Source: Eledone cirrhosa
Lineage: Eukaryota
Reading direction: 5' to 3'
NCBI GenBank assembly: GCA_964016885.1
Contig: OZ024742.1
Location: 137,640,001 to 137,704,000, forward strand
Length of the DNA stretch: 64,000 nucleotides
This document shows, in pieces, positions 1-13,781 of the stretch. Made by a program: the position numbers and the translations under genes. How positions within the stretch are numbered: the first letter of the stretch is position 1; each line of letters starts with the position of its first letter. A model generated the notes under the pieces. The model saw only the letters and a list, made by a program, of their open reading frames with translations. It made no database searches and was not told where the DNA came from.

Positions 1-190
1 TTAAAGGAGAGAAAAAATCGATTAAATCGACTCCAGTGAATTACTGGTGCTTTATTTCATCGACCCCCGTAAGAATGAATGGCAAAGTTAATGACGACGG
101 GATTTGAAATCAGAACGTAAAGTGACATAACTTTATGCTGCAAAGCATGGTGTCTGACGTTCTTGCTATTTTGTCAATCCACGGCTGGTT
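1..190 (-). mobile_element. tRNA-derived SINE copy (recurrent family)
   Basis: Reverse complement matches the repeat seen at 13050, 42335 and 58237 (..TCAAATCCCG..TTAACTTTGCC..GGGGTCGAT..ATAAAGCACCAGTAA). Confidence 0.75.
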
Positions 191-239
191 GGATCGCCCG
201 AATTGACTGCTATATCTAGCGGATTTTTGGCTCGTCCTT

Positions 240-2200
240 TTGTCCGTATTTGCAAATAGTTACCTGTTAATTGATTGACGCATGCCTGCAATGGTATTAT
301 TTTTAATTGTATTTATTATCATAGTAGTGCTGCGCCCATAGTTTCTGTATTGACATAGCATCCGTGAAGCGTTGTTGTCCATCAACGAATCTCACAGGAG
401 ATATCGCTGTTGTTCTAGGACCTCTTTATATATGAAAAGAAGACTCGAGTATTTGTGGTCGGGAGCTGCTTGGCTTCCTTGGCTTCCTGTTGCCACCAAT
501 CATCCTTCATTTGCCGAATACTGCTATGAATCTTTGATTTCATAGCCTTAAACATTATTTTTGTTGGCATTATCGGACTTTCCCTGGATGTTTTTGCACA
601 ACTTTTGTTTTTTACGCACACATCTGGACACATATCAACTATCAGCCAACTTCTTAGATTTGAAACCCAAAGTGCTTGATGTGTCTTTATAGACTTGAGA
701 TTTGAAACTCTCCCAAAGGTTATCTCCAACGAAAGTAATGCTCATAAGCCCACATTGAAAGCTTTTCAACATCATATTGAATATGAAGCTTGCAGTGTAT
801 GTTCTCTTTGGTATTTTAGACCACACGATCTGAATGTTTGCTTGATTGGGAAATTGAATTTCCTCCTAACAAGCCTATGATCCGTCCAACATTCTGAACT
901 TCACATTACTAATATACTAGGGACATCACTCAAAGCTGCTTTGCGAAATGTTATATAGTCAAGAAGGTGATATATAGTCAAGACATAGGGTGCATCCATG
1001 TGTGTTATGCTTCTATTTTTGCTTGAAGAAAGTATTTGATATAGCTAGTTGGCTTTCGGTATAAAATGTGAGATGGAATAGTCCATTTTCGTTGCATTTT
1101 CCTGTATCATACTACCCCAGAACAGGCCACGTTGCCTGCTCTACGCACACTCTAGCATTAATGTCACCCATGATGACTAGCTTCTCTTCCCTTGAAACTT
1201 TTCACACAAGAATCCCAAGATCCAGAAACAATTTTTCAATGCTCTTAATTAAATGTGGCATTGTCGGTGCGTAAATCCTCACAATTCTCAATAATCGATC
1301 TTTTAGCTGGAGCCGGAAAGATATCATGCATTCAGATATACCGCTTAGAAAGTCATGGATACAGTTTAGGACTGAGTTTTTAATTATTAAACAAAACCTG
1401 AATCCTTTCTTTTCTTTTCAGGCAATCCCTTCCATAAGAAAGTGAAACTTAATGGCTTTCAGGCAAACCCTTCCATAAGAAAGTGTAACCTAATGGCTTT
1501 CGGGCAAACCCTTCCATAAGAAAGTGTTACCTAATGGCTTTCAGGCAAACCCTTCCATAAGAAAGTGAAACCTAATGGCTTTCAGGCAAACCCTTCCATA
1601 GAAAGTGAAACCTAATGGCTTTCAGGCAAACCCTTCCATAAGAAAGTGCAACCTAATGGCTTTCAGGCAAACCCTTCCATAAGAAAGTGAAACCTAATGG
1701 CTTTTAGGCAAACCCTTCCATAAGAAAGTGTAACCTAATGACTTTCAGGCAAACCCTTCCATAAGAAAGTGTAACCTAATGGCTTTCGGGCAAACCCTTC
1801 CATAAGAAAGTGTTACCTAATGGCTTTCAGGCAAACCCTTCCATAAGAAAGTGTAACCTAATGGCTTTCGGGCAAACCCTTCCATAAGAACGTGTTACCT
1901 AATGGCTTTCAGGCAAACCCTTCCATAAGAAAGTGAAACCTAATGGCTTTCAGGCAAACCCTTCCATAGAAAGTGAAACCTAATGGCTTTCAGGCAAAGC
2001 CTTCCATAAGAAAGTGTAACCTAATGGCTTTCAGTAAGTTCCCCATCTCCATATAGACGTGTCTCAGATAATGTAACAACGTCCACATCATATCTACCAA
2101 TTTCCTGTGCGACGTTCTGCTCTATCAGATTTATTGTTGTCAATGAGAGAACATACATTCCAACAAACAAACTTCATAGTGACCCTACGTTTCTTTGGGG
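240..2200 (-). pseudogene. Decayed RTE-like LINE 5' region (APE endonuclease), interrupted by a tandem array
   Basis: Minus strand from about 2177 reads MKFVCWNVCSL..EIGRYDVDVVTLSETRLYGDGELTE..YTFLWKG, then YAPT and GDINARV motifs and a WMHP..LDY motif; many stops and frameshifts. Confidence 0.75.
1417..2034. repeat. 41-bp minisatellite, about 15 copies
   Basis: Unit TTCAGGCAAACCCTTCCATAAGAAAGTGTAACCTAATGGCT repeated head-to-tail. Confidence 0.97.
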
Positions 2201-2847
2201 TTGATGGTTTGTGTCTATCTCAGTAGCAGGGCAGCGACCAGCCCACGTTGTGACATCTTTGGACACCCGCCGGACCGGACCTGTTCCACAGAAGATCCCA
2301 AACCCTTTCTGCCATTTACTGACTTTGTGTGAGACATTTCAATTAGAATTATGGATGCATTTTTAGATTACTGCCAATCCCTGTTTATGATCTTAAATAA
2401 CGAGGAAAGGGTACAAGAAGTACCTATGCTAAATATTATTTTTAAAGTGGGTATAGCTGGCACAGCACTACCTCCACTATTTGGTGCATGAAGTTGCTAC
2501 TCAGTGTGACATATAGTATGACAAGACTGAATACTTCATGAAAATCAGGTTTTAGATTAGATTTCTCCTCCTAGGTAGATCACTTACCACGTTTACAGAG
2601 TTGCTGTCCTCACCCATCCCCACCCCACAAAAAAGAATAACGGTTAAAATCGAAAAAAGATTAAATGGTAAAAGGTAAAAAATATTGAAATGTATTTTCA
2701 TATCAAGATAAAAGATAAAAGATATACCCCAACAAATATATATAAAAGTACAAACGTACATTTTTGATTGGATGATGACCGTTGACTATCCTATATATAT
2801 AACGTCGTTTGTCCTGAGATCGGGGAGGCTATAAATCAGGGGAATAA

Positions 2848-4793
2848 CACTGGTCAACAGCCAAAATGGTTCTTACATGTGGATATGTGCATCTTACTAA
2901 TTTCATAGCACTAAATTCAGTTTTGATATTCATTTTTTTGCTATCGGACCAGAATGCCTTAATAAGAGATCGAAAATATGTTCCTCGTATTGCATTATTT
3001 ATCCATTGTGATAAACATATTAACTTATTAAATAAAAATATATAAACATATTTTTATTTATTTTTTTAACACTTAGTATATTAACAAAACATTTCTGAAC
3101 AACGTTCTGAACGTAACAAAATATTTCAAAACATTTCTAAAAAAATTTCTCGATTTTGCTTTTGCGTTTGTGTTGCTGTCTCTCCTCACGTTGCAGTGTC
3201 CAGAAGTAGTCACCCATCATGTTGGGATTGAACCGACCTGATACCTACTCTCCATTATAGTAATGTCCTGGTGAAACCTCTCTCCATGTTCATCACTGAT
3301 GTCTCCTAGATTACTTGGGAAGAAATCCAGATGAGAATGGAAGAAATGAAGCCTCAACGACATTCGTGATCCCAGAGCGCGATACTATTGTATCATGGTC
3401 TCAACAATTTCTTTATAGTTGTCTGCACGGTGGTTTCCAAGAAGGTTCTGTGTCACATCTACAAATGATTTCCATGCATTTCGTAAACTCACTATCATTA
3501 ACCAGCATACGAATCTGAGGACCATTCAAAACCCCTGTTTTTAACTTTACTTCAGATACCACTCTACCCAATTTCTTAAACAAGTACTGAAACCCATTAA
3601 CTGTATGATCCATGCTTTTAATAAAGTTTTTGGCCAAGTCTAATTTGAGATGTAATGGAGGGGGGAATACTTTTTCTGGATCCACAAGAGGTTTATACCG
3701 ACAGTTGTATCTACCGGGTGCATCCTTTGGTCTTGTTGGCCAATCCTTCTTCGTGTAGTGCTCCGCATCTGCTCTACTATTCCACAAACATAGAATACAC
3801 ATATACTTTGTGTAACCAGTCTGAAGACCTAGAAGTAGACTATTTAAATTGTTTATGATGATGACGAGCGGTTGTAATGCGGACGCCAGGTTCCAGCAGG
3901 TTTCGTTGCTTCAGTCTTGATCCCAGGAACCCTGCCTTTTCTTTAGACAAATGTAGGTCGCTAATGAGATCGTGGAGATCTTCCTGGTTAAATGGTATGG
4001 GTTCAATTGTCTCATGTTAGTCTTGATAGTCATCATCAATAGGGGTGCTACTGGAATCAGAACAGAGATTAGCTCGTGTTCAGCAGGTGGAACTGGAACA
4101 GGTAATTCGTCCCTGTGAGGTGCTGGTCGGATTGCTGACGAGATATCGGGGTATTGAAGTGTAGTTCGTGTCTTCACAGTTATTCCTTGGATGTTTATAT
4201 GGCAGAAGTAGCAATCGTTAGTGTGGTCTTTTGGTTCTCGCCATACCATTGGTATGGCAAATGGCAAACCAGAGCTTTGTTTCCCATTCTTCCATTCACT
4301 TAGGTGATTAACACATGACCTACACGCTATATGAGGCGCCCATTTCTTGTCGTGGTCTCCTAATGGACATTTGAAGTAGCATTTGTAGTTTACTCGAACT
4401 GCTTATGTGATTGGTTTCTTTATGCTTTCTGGGGTAAAGAGTCCACAAACAGCAAAATCGGTCCGGGTCATTTACACATTTCCGGCGTTCCATCTCTCCC
4501 ACTAGTAAAAGTTGTTGTGAATTATCCAAGAATAGCTGAGGATAGTTACAGTTCTGTGATCTAAAACAAAAGCAGTAAATATAAATTAGTTAACAACTAA
4601 ATAGAGTGGATACAATTGGATGAAGTAATATGAGCCACATAGCTATGGGTCATAAACATGGATATGCTGGTCCTCGAAAACTAGACCCATACAGCTTAAC
4701 CGTTGTCATATTCAGATTTTGCACACTTGATTACTCTAGAATCATACTAAATTATACCAGAACCATGAAATGAATATTTTTTGTTAACCAGTG
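2848..4793 (-). mobile_element. Chapaev3-like (CMC superfamily) DNA transposon, degenerate transposase
   Basis: Termini CACTGGTCAACA / TGTTAACCAGTG with flanks TAA / TAT; transposase fragments CVNDPDRFC, WREPKDHTNDCYFC, PPLHLKL.L.KNF and SDEHGERFHQD in broken ORFs. Confidence 0.75.
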
Positions 4794-6239
4794 TATTTTA
4801 CGCATGGGAAGAAACATGGTGGGCATAGACGAAAGTAAAAAGCTGCCAGTTTGGCCTCGCGGACGGGTTTTCACCCCCTCTCTCTCCTTATATATATATG
4901 GAGATGGATGGGCTCTGTCAGTTTTTAAATTCTTATGATCTATGTTACGACGAAGCCCATACAACTCCATCAGTGTTTAGAATCCCATGGATGGATGGGC
5001 AGAACAAATAATAAATACATTTGATATTCATCATATTCGTACTACGTTCTTTGAATTGTTATTAATAACAATTTCAATGTGTTTAAATTGAAACGTGTTA
5101 TGAGACATGAAAATCTCTCGAACAGGTACATATTATTTGGATCTCAATTCCTGATGCTAAACTGAATACCTCACTTTGCCTTCTATTTACTATTAATGTC
5201 CTATGCATTACTTAGAAAGCGTGCATTGGCTTCTTTTCTCCTCTACTGCGTTGCAAAATATTGAATTTATTGCGCGCTCCAGGTAGTATGAAGTATCATC
5301 TCACACATTAATTGTGTTGATAATGAATGTTCTTTGCCACAAAGTCTACGACGAATTGAAAAGCTTTTTATCACAATCCTTTCTATTCTGGTTATAGAAT
5401 TGCTATCGTATGATACGGATGAGACTGAAAACCCTTAGCACGAGACATTGTATGACCCTAATCGCAATTCTTCATAGATAATATCATAGTATTTATAGAA
5501 ACAAGAAAACGAGCAGATTTTCGTGCAGACCAATTAGACTTCATATCACAGCCAGATTAGACAGCTTTACATAGTACAGATGTTTTAAAAGTATTTAACT
5601 TTGAAATGTGATAAATGCAGAATTGATGCCAATCTCAAATTCATCAGAAAGATTTATCCCATCTAGACACTTCCACTTAATGATTTTCATATAGACACTA
5701 TCACTTAATGATTTTATATGGCAGTACAATTCAAATTGAACATGAAATCTAGCTGCTATTGGCAGTAGGATGTTGGTATATTCACAATAAATCATTTTAT
5801 TTTCGAGATCATATACTTATGGCATTTGGTGAACACACACAAAGACACACAAACACACCCACCCACTTACAGACACACAAAAACAGACACACAAACACAC
5901 GCGCACGCACACAGATATTTATGATGTCACTCATATATTAAATATTATGTGTTGAAAATGTTCTATTAACTAAGATTATCTTTGTGATATAAAGACGAGA
6001 ACTCTATTTAGGTTCATTCAGTCTAATCTTTGAACTTAACGTCAACAATATCAGTAGATTCAAGTTTGGGGATCAATGCCAATACAATAAAAAATGAATG
6101 TTGTCTTATATCTAACTGCAATAATCTATGGCCCTGTAACTCCTAGGGGAATCATAGGGGCACTCTATGGCATGCTTTAAACCTGGCAGAGCCAATCTCC
6201 TCTCCCGGTCTGAATACAGCAGATTTCCTCCAACGGATA

Positions 6240-6400
6240 GAGAAAGAATCGACACCTGTACTTGACTGGTAATGTTTCTATCTACTTTGAATGGTTGAAA
6301 GGTAAATTTGACCTCAGCGAGATTTGAACTCGGGGAGCAGAATGACGTATTGAATACTGCAAAGCTCTAAATCTGACATACAAACAATTCTGCTATGCAC
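6240..6400 (-). mobile_element. tRNA-derived SINE copy, diverged
   Basis: AAAGGTAAATTTGACCTCAGCGAGATTTGAACTC is the reverse complement of the family B-box/core. Confidence 0.6.
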
Positions 6401-8930
6401 TGGATATAATTCTATTTATTTTGATTTATTATTTTAAGTGAGCTTTATTCTGATTCACTACGATTGCATGACATGAATTATGTATATACGAGCTCAAACT
6501 GTCAAGCACTCTAAATGTTCACAGATAGACAATGTAGAAAAAAGAAAGGAATTTGGCCTATGGATGATGAATATTGTACAGCAGGAAATTCAAAATACCA
6601 GAACGACGGAGATAGAATTTTGAAAATCAATTTTGATAACAATAGGTACATTTGATTTGGATTGTAAACATAAATACATACCTATCGATAGAAATTAACT
6701 TTAAATACGTTAAACACTTTAATGTTTCTCTCGATATATGTAATACTTATTCTACATTTTTTGTAAATTCAATTGGAAAATCACATCACATTAGGAATAG
6801 CTTAAAATATCTAGTATAGTATATAGTTATAGAAAATGTTATTTGTCATAATGGTACTTCTAAAAGAAGCATTCTCAAATAGAATGTTACAAATATTGTA
6901 CCGTGTCCGACAACAGATGGTTATAGAAGTTGAAGAAAGAAAATAAATATTTCTCATCCACAGCAACACTTAACATGTCTTTACTTAAAACTATTACCAA
7001 CACACACACACAACAACATTATTTGTGTTTCAATAGGAGTAAAATTAAACAAAGTTAATTTCGTCGTATATATTGCATCATCAACTCTAAGTAAACCTAA
7101 GAAAACTACATTATCCACTTATCCTAACAATAGCAATTGCATTGATCCTTCTACAATTTGTGATATGTAGCAGTATAAAGTGTATAGAGTGAATCCTACT
7201 ACAACATTCGACAAAGTCACTGATAAATGCATTCTATATACAAGCCAATCCATCCATTGAAATAGTAGGCAGGATCAATAGTTTAGAGATATATTCAGAG
7301 CTTTCATTTAAAGGAAAGGTCTATGAAACTATGCAACTGGAATGATAATAACAGTCGTATTAGCGATTTCAAGAGTATCAAAGAGTACACGTATATAGAT
7401 GAATTCAATTTGCAATTATTTCTTTTTGTATCCCTTTTTATATAATACCCTACACAAGAGCATCCTAGATTATATTAAGTACTACCATATATAGTTGATT
7501 ATATCAATATCGAAATAAAATACATACAAGGAAACAACTTACTGTTCAATAAGAAGATCGTCTCATACACAATAAAATAAATCTGACACAGCATTTTCAT
7601 GCCCCTAATTGACAGATTAAATAAGTTTAAGTATTGTTCATGTCAATAAGCGAACCAGCATTGTCATGTCAATATTACCCGACTTTTTACAGTGACGACT
7701 TCACGCACTTGCAACAGCGTTAGAATAAGAAATAAAAAATAACAATAACTAAAAATAGATGTCGATATGAATTAAATTCTATGAGTCGTAAACATGAATA
7801 GAAAGAAAAAAATGTAGCCTCTCCCTTGATCATAATTTGTCTACGTCCATCTAAAACCGATTCTGCATCATTCATGGTCAGCGCAAAGTATTCCCAAGCG
7901 AGAAAAGAAATAGAATATTACTAGCAATGAAGGAGTTTGAATGGAATTTGTTTCAAAGATCAAAGTACGTTGGACTGTTTGATGAAGTCGTTTCATGTGT
8001 TGCCATTCAGATATTATCATAAAATGTTAATAGGCCTCCATGAAAAAAGAAGAAATAAAGATTATGAATGAGAAGAAAGGTAATGAAATATTATGTGAGT
8101 GAGACACAACTAAATGGGATATGACTCTAACATGTGTATATGGATGACTTGTTTGTGTCTACGTGTGTGTCTGGAGAAGGATATATTGTATGCAAAATAT
8201 AATCAGAATAAAGCATATGAATAAAGAAGATTATCGTATCTTCCTTAAGAGGAGATGGCAATGGCTGACCAACATAATAGAAAATTGTTTTTCTTAGTTG
8301 ACATTTTATTTATAGAGTGGTTGATATTTTATTACTATTATTAATATATAAAAAAAACGATAGTAGAGTATGAAATATAACTATTCTGTTATAAATTTTG
8401 TTTCGGAAACACGTGGTTCCAGGTTCCAGATCTTCGTGTTAACCAATGCTTTGTGATTGACATTTCTTGGGGAGTAAGTATTTAGAGGTTCATAGCATAT
8501 GAATTCTGGGTGGATTGCTGATAGATCGACGCGTCCAGCAATAACACAGAACAACAGATTTTCTGTCGATTCGCCTCTGAATTCGCGACTTTAACTGATT
8601 TTTTCCTATCGTGTCACTATTTTGTTTTACGACATACTCTATTTTATAATGATTGCGGTAAAAAAAAAAAATAATTAAGTAAACCGAAAAATACTTGACC
8701 AACACATATTTTGCTCCTTAAAAATGTGCATATATTCTTGGGTGTATTTTGGAAATTGAAGGGTTTGTTTTATGTGCTATAGTATAGGATATACATTATA
8801 TTCTTACATATAGTCATGCCTCTAATCACGCCTTGATATTAGGAACGCCAGGAAAACTGTACAATTTCATACATTTGAATTTATTTTTATGTCGATTCTC
8901 TAGACTTAGCTAAAATAATTAAAATAATGT

Positions 8931-9810
8931 ATGTAAAGTTTGTGTATCGAATAATATACGATATGTATGCGAATAAACATTTGAAAGCCTTTAGCTTTAA
9001 ATTTTATAGGAGGGGCTGGTGGTACCTACCGAGATCCAGTAGAAGCAAGAGGGAAATCACCAACATCTCATTATGGCTAGTGTGGCCGTTCTCAAGGTAA
9101 TGTACCCCTTTATCTCACCTTCATGCTCGAACTCCAATAAACCGCAAACATAGTTTCAACGCTTCATTTTCATACGGAGCTGTAGGCTGACTCGGCCTGA
9201 AAAAGAAATAGAATAAAAGTTTTTGCTCCGACATTGCTGTTTACATACAACTATGTATAGTTGAAGACGGACACACGACCCAGAAACAGCTGTCGGTGAG
9301 TTCCAACTAGCCTCTGATGGAACTCGGTAGGTGGCGCCAGCCTCCACCTTTTAAATTGATAGATAAAGGCTTTCAAATGTGTATTCGCTAAATAGATCAT
9401 GCATTATACGACATACAAAATTTACTTACATGAAGGTATACAACCATGCTGGAGCGAATACCTTAATTCTATTTCTTGTTCAAGCCGAGCAGGCCTACAG
9501 TTCCGTATGTAAATGAGGCTAGTCAGCTCATATACATAAACGTTAAAACCATATGTTTGCGGCTTCTGTATAAAGGCGAGGTAAAGGGGTAAGTTACCTT
9601 AATAACGGTCACACAAGCCAGAGACAGCTGTCGGCGACTTCCCTCTTACTTTTTATGGAATTCTGCAGGTGGCGTTGCCTACCATCTTTAACATTCATAG
9701 ATAAGCACTTTCAAATGTTTATTCGTAAACATATCGTATATTATTCAATATACAAACTATACATACATGTATGTATACTGTTATGTTGGAGCAATCACAG
9801 TAATTCATTT
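8931..9810. mobile_element. Old fold-back/tandem element with three degenerate hammerhead motifs (about 338-nt monomer)
   Basis: 8931-9235 is an inverted copy of about 9440-9765. GAAACAGCTGTC at 9283 recurs as GAGACAGCTGTC at 9621. Cores are TTGAGAA (9095-9089, minus), TTGAAGA (9261) and TTAATAA (9599); stem I GTTACC/GGTGA. Confidence 0.7.
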
Positions 9811-10427
9811 AAATTAATGATAATATCACGTCTAAGAAATTAGATAATCTAAAGTTATAGTAAGCGGAGATATTACGGTCTAAGCGTTTAAAGAAGGGCA
9901 TTATAGCTTTCCTTCTTCATTCAAGCTGTTGACCATTGAAATTCTTAACAAACAGAAAAGTATCATCTTAATATATTCCGCCTTGAAGGTTAACATATTC
10001 CACATGTATGTTATGCGTGTGATAGATTCCGATGAAGTCCGTAGCCTGGGCCGCGTCACCTCAACCCATAGTTATGTCGAAGACGTTGTTCCTCAGCCTA
10101 CGTGTCCAATATTTGCTATCAAACAATATTACTGAGCGTCTGGCACTAGTTATATTTCGCAAAGCGAACATTAGTTGATAACTGTTGTATTCTCATCTAA
10201 CGTTTTTGAATGGGCTATAACGAAAATTGTTGCAATGGTTCCTTGTTTTAAGTGCATTGCTACCGAAAAGAAAAATGTGGTGCTTCTTTTACCGATGTAA
10301 CAAATTTGGTAATGAAGTCCATGCACAACGTTAATGCATACATTGAAATATGTATACCATATTGGCCATTTGCAATACGTACTGTATTTCTACCAGTCTG
10401 TGTGAATATATAGCCTGGAACTTGCAA

Positions 10428-11384
<957 letters not shown>

Positions 11385-11739
11385 TTTCATTCGTTCTCGA
11401 AGAATTTTCATGTTTCGTTATTGGAACAATGGAAGGAAAGACGACAGTATAAAATTATACATTCATCCAACATTTATTATAAACTTTTACCGGGACTTAC
11501 TGTCAACTAAATTAAACTATTTCATTATTGCTTGCGGCTATTGGTACAGCTTATGAAGATGTTATTGTTGTTGTTCCTATTTTTATTTTTATTATTTATA
11601 TATCATTTGTTGTTTCTATTGCCGTTCGTTATGTATGGCATTCTGTTTTATAGCGATTTTATAACTATGACTTTTGTACCATTACTTGTTCTGATCTTTG
11701 TTTTATTCGATGTTGTTCATTCTGTTAAAAATATCTGTG

Positions 11740-11945
11740 AAGACGCCATTACGTATAACCGAACTCTTCGTTTTCGTACCAGCTGCCATCAAGGCCTCTG
11801 GCGTCCTAGCTCATACGGCTGATGTTATCCACCACATGTTGTGAGGTGTGCATACCGCCCGAGGGAGAGACACAGACAAGTGAAATGGTTGATGTATCAA
11901 TGGCTGTATTCCATGGCAATGCTTTCGCTATATTGCCCACGGTGT
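11740..11945 (+). pseudogene. CRE-like non-LTR retrotransposon 3' end (RLE region) remnant
   Basis: Reads FVPAAIKASGVL and VSMAVFHGNAFAIL, resembling the F.P.A.E..G..G / S.A..RGNA C-terminus of CRE elements. Confidence 0.45.
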
Positions 11946-12641
11946 GCAGTTGCAATACACCACCTAACCAACGGAGTAGAATTAACATTCTCCCCACCCA
12001 CTAGCATTCCCTTTTTCATTATGTTATTTGTCTCTCTTTTCCTTTTTTCTCTCTTTCTCTACATTATCTTCCCCCATATTTTCTAATAGTTTCACTATTT
12101 CATGCTTCTGTTTGATGTTTTTGTTTCTCTTTTGTGAGGTCCTTTATGACGATCATGCTACTGCTATGGTTGCTAATGATAAAGATTTAATTGTTATATT
12201 TGTTTTATCCATTCGTAATGATTGTGTATTTACTATCGTCTGGTTAATAGAACACCATAAATATAATGGGTGCTGAAATATTTACTGATGTAGAGTACTC
12301 TTCACTTTTAAATATTCATACAATTCATATATTCTAGAGACACGATTACCCGTGTTAATACAGCTGTAAATTAGAATGTATTCAAGTACATCAATAATAT
12401 TATGTTTATAGCATTTACCCCATTTCATCGCTATAATAATATTGATGATGATGATAATGATGATGATGATGATTACCTTTTCAGTCATTCTGTGTTGATT
12501 ATATAGCTCTACCACAAGTTGTTGATGATTACCACCGTTAATTGCCTCGTTTGAGATTTAGTCAGTTCTCATCGTGTAGAATTTTATGTGCCGGGAAAAT
12601 GTCAAGATTCATATAAATTGGTCTCGAAAAACTGAGATTAC

Positions 12642-12701
<60 letters not shown>

Positions 12702-12837
12702 TATAAATGTAATCTGAGTTTTTCGAATATTAATAATAATTCGATTCGTTTGCAATTATGCAAACAAGCCTCATTTTTAAAGCCATGTCAGTAGAATGAG
12801 CCCCTCATTCTTGCTCTTGTGTTGGCATGTAAATATA

Positions 12838-12883
12838 ACTGCAGACACTAATGTTTCTGGGTATTACCGTTCATCAGGACAGT
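12838..12883 (-). ncRNA. Type I hammerhead ribozyme candidate
   Basis: ACTGTC-CTGATGA-ACGGTAATACCCA-GAAA-CATTAGTG-TC-TGCAGT; intact core, imperfect stems I and II. Confidence 0.6.
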
Positions 12884-13049
12884 CCACTGTACTCCTACCA
12901 AATGTCAGAGCTAGTGAAAATATGTGATATTTTCTAAAATATACAGTGAGTGATCGGCCTGATTTGCATATTAGCAGACTGGCTGATCAGTGAGATCTGC
13001 ATATTAGCAGGTCCACTAATTTTTAGTTATTATTATTATTATCATTATC

Positions 13050-13230
13050 AGGGCGGTGGATTGGCAGTATCGGACGCCATGCTTTGAAGCATAGAGTTAC
13101 CTCCCTTTATGATCTGAGTTCAAATCCCGCCGAGATTAACTTTGACTTTCATCCTTACAGGGTCGATAAAATAAAGTACCAGTAATACACTAGGATAATT
13201 GCTGGCCTTGTTCCAAAAGTAGAAACACTT
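13050..13230 (+). mobile_element. tRNA-derived SINE
   Basis: GGCGGTGGATTGGCAGTATCGG (A-box-like) and GAGTTCAAATCC (B-box); tail shared with other copies. Confidence 0.85.
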
Positions 13231-13781
13231 ATTACATATATATATATTTATTTATATTAATAAAAGGAATTCCAACTTTGTCTGATTTACTCGATTTATT
13301 TACAATCCTTTAAAATTTATAATGGTATTAGAATGAAATAGTATTGTTCAATATTAAATGTTAAGTGTTAATTGAACAATTACTTTCATGCTTTCGCAAT
13401 CTTCAAGTTCATATTTTGTGGTGACAGTCAAGTTTGCAATTTTCAACTGTAATGAGATGGGTAAATTGTGTGCCTTATATACAGTGAAAAGTGGCTCCAG
13501 AAATGCTAAATCTTGCAAACTGTATTTCGACCAATCGGTGCTTCACTGGATTACTAAAGCTGATTGGTTTAAGCGTCACGGTTGGTTGAGCATGTCTAAC
13601 GACTACTAATTGACCCTATCCAAAGCATCAATTGTTTTGCTAATTTTAGAAATGATGAAAATAGCATTTTCTTGTAATCATCACCATCAACATTACTTAT
13701 ATTATTATTATTGTTGTTGTTGTTGTTGTTGTTGTTGTTAGTGGTCGTAGTCATAGTCATAGTAGGATTAATAATCCATTA

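Noticed and set aside
1417-2034. CRISPR-like regular array
   Set aside because: No unique spacers; a pure tandem repeat in eukaryotic LINE context.
13515-13555. Hammerhead-like GTGAAGC-ACCGATTGGTC-GAAA on the minus strand, downstream of the Neptune-like PLE
   Set aside because: Core and stems I/III are too degenerate to call.
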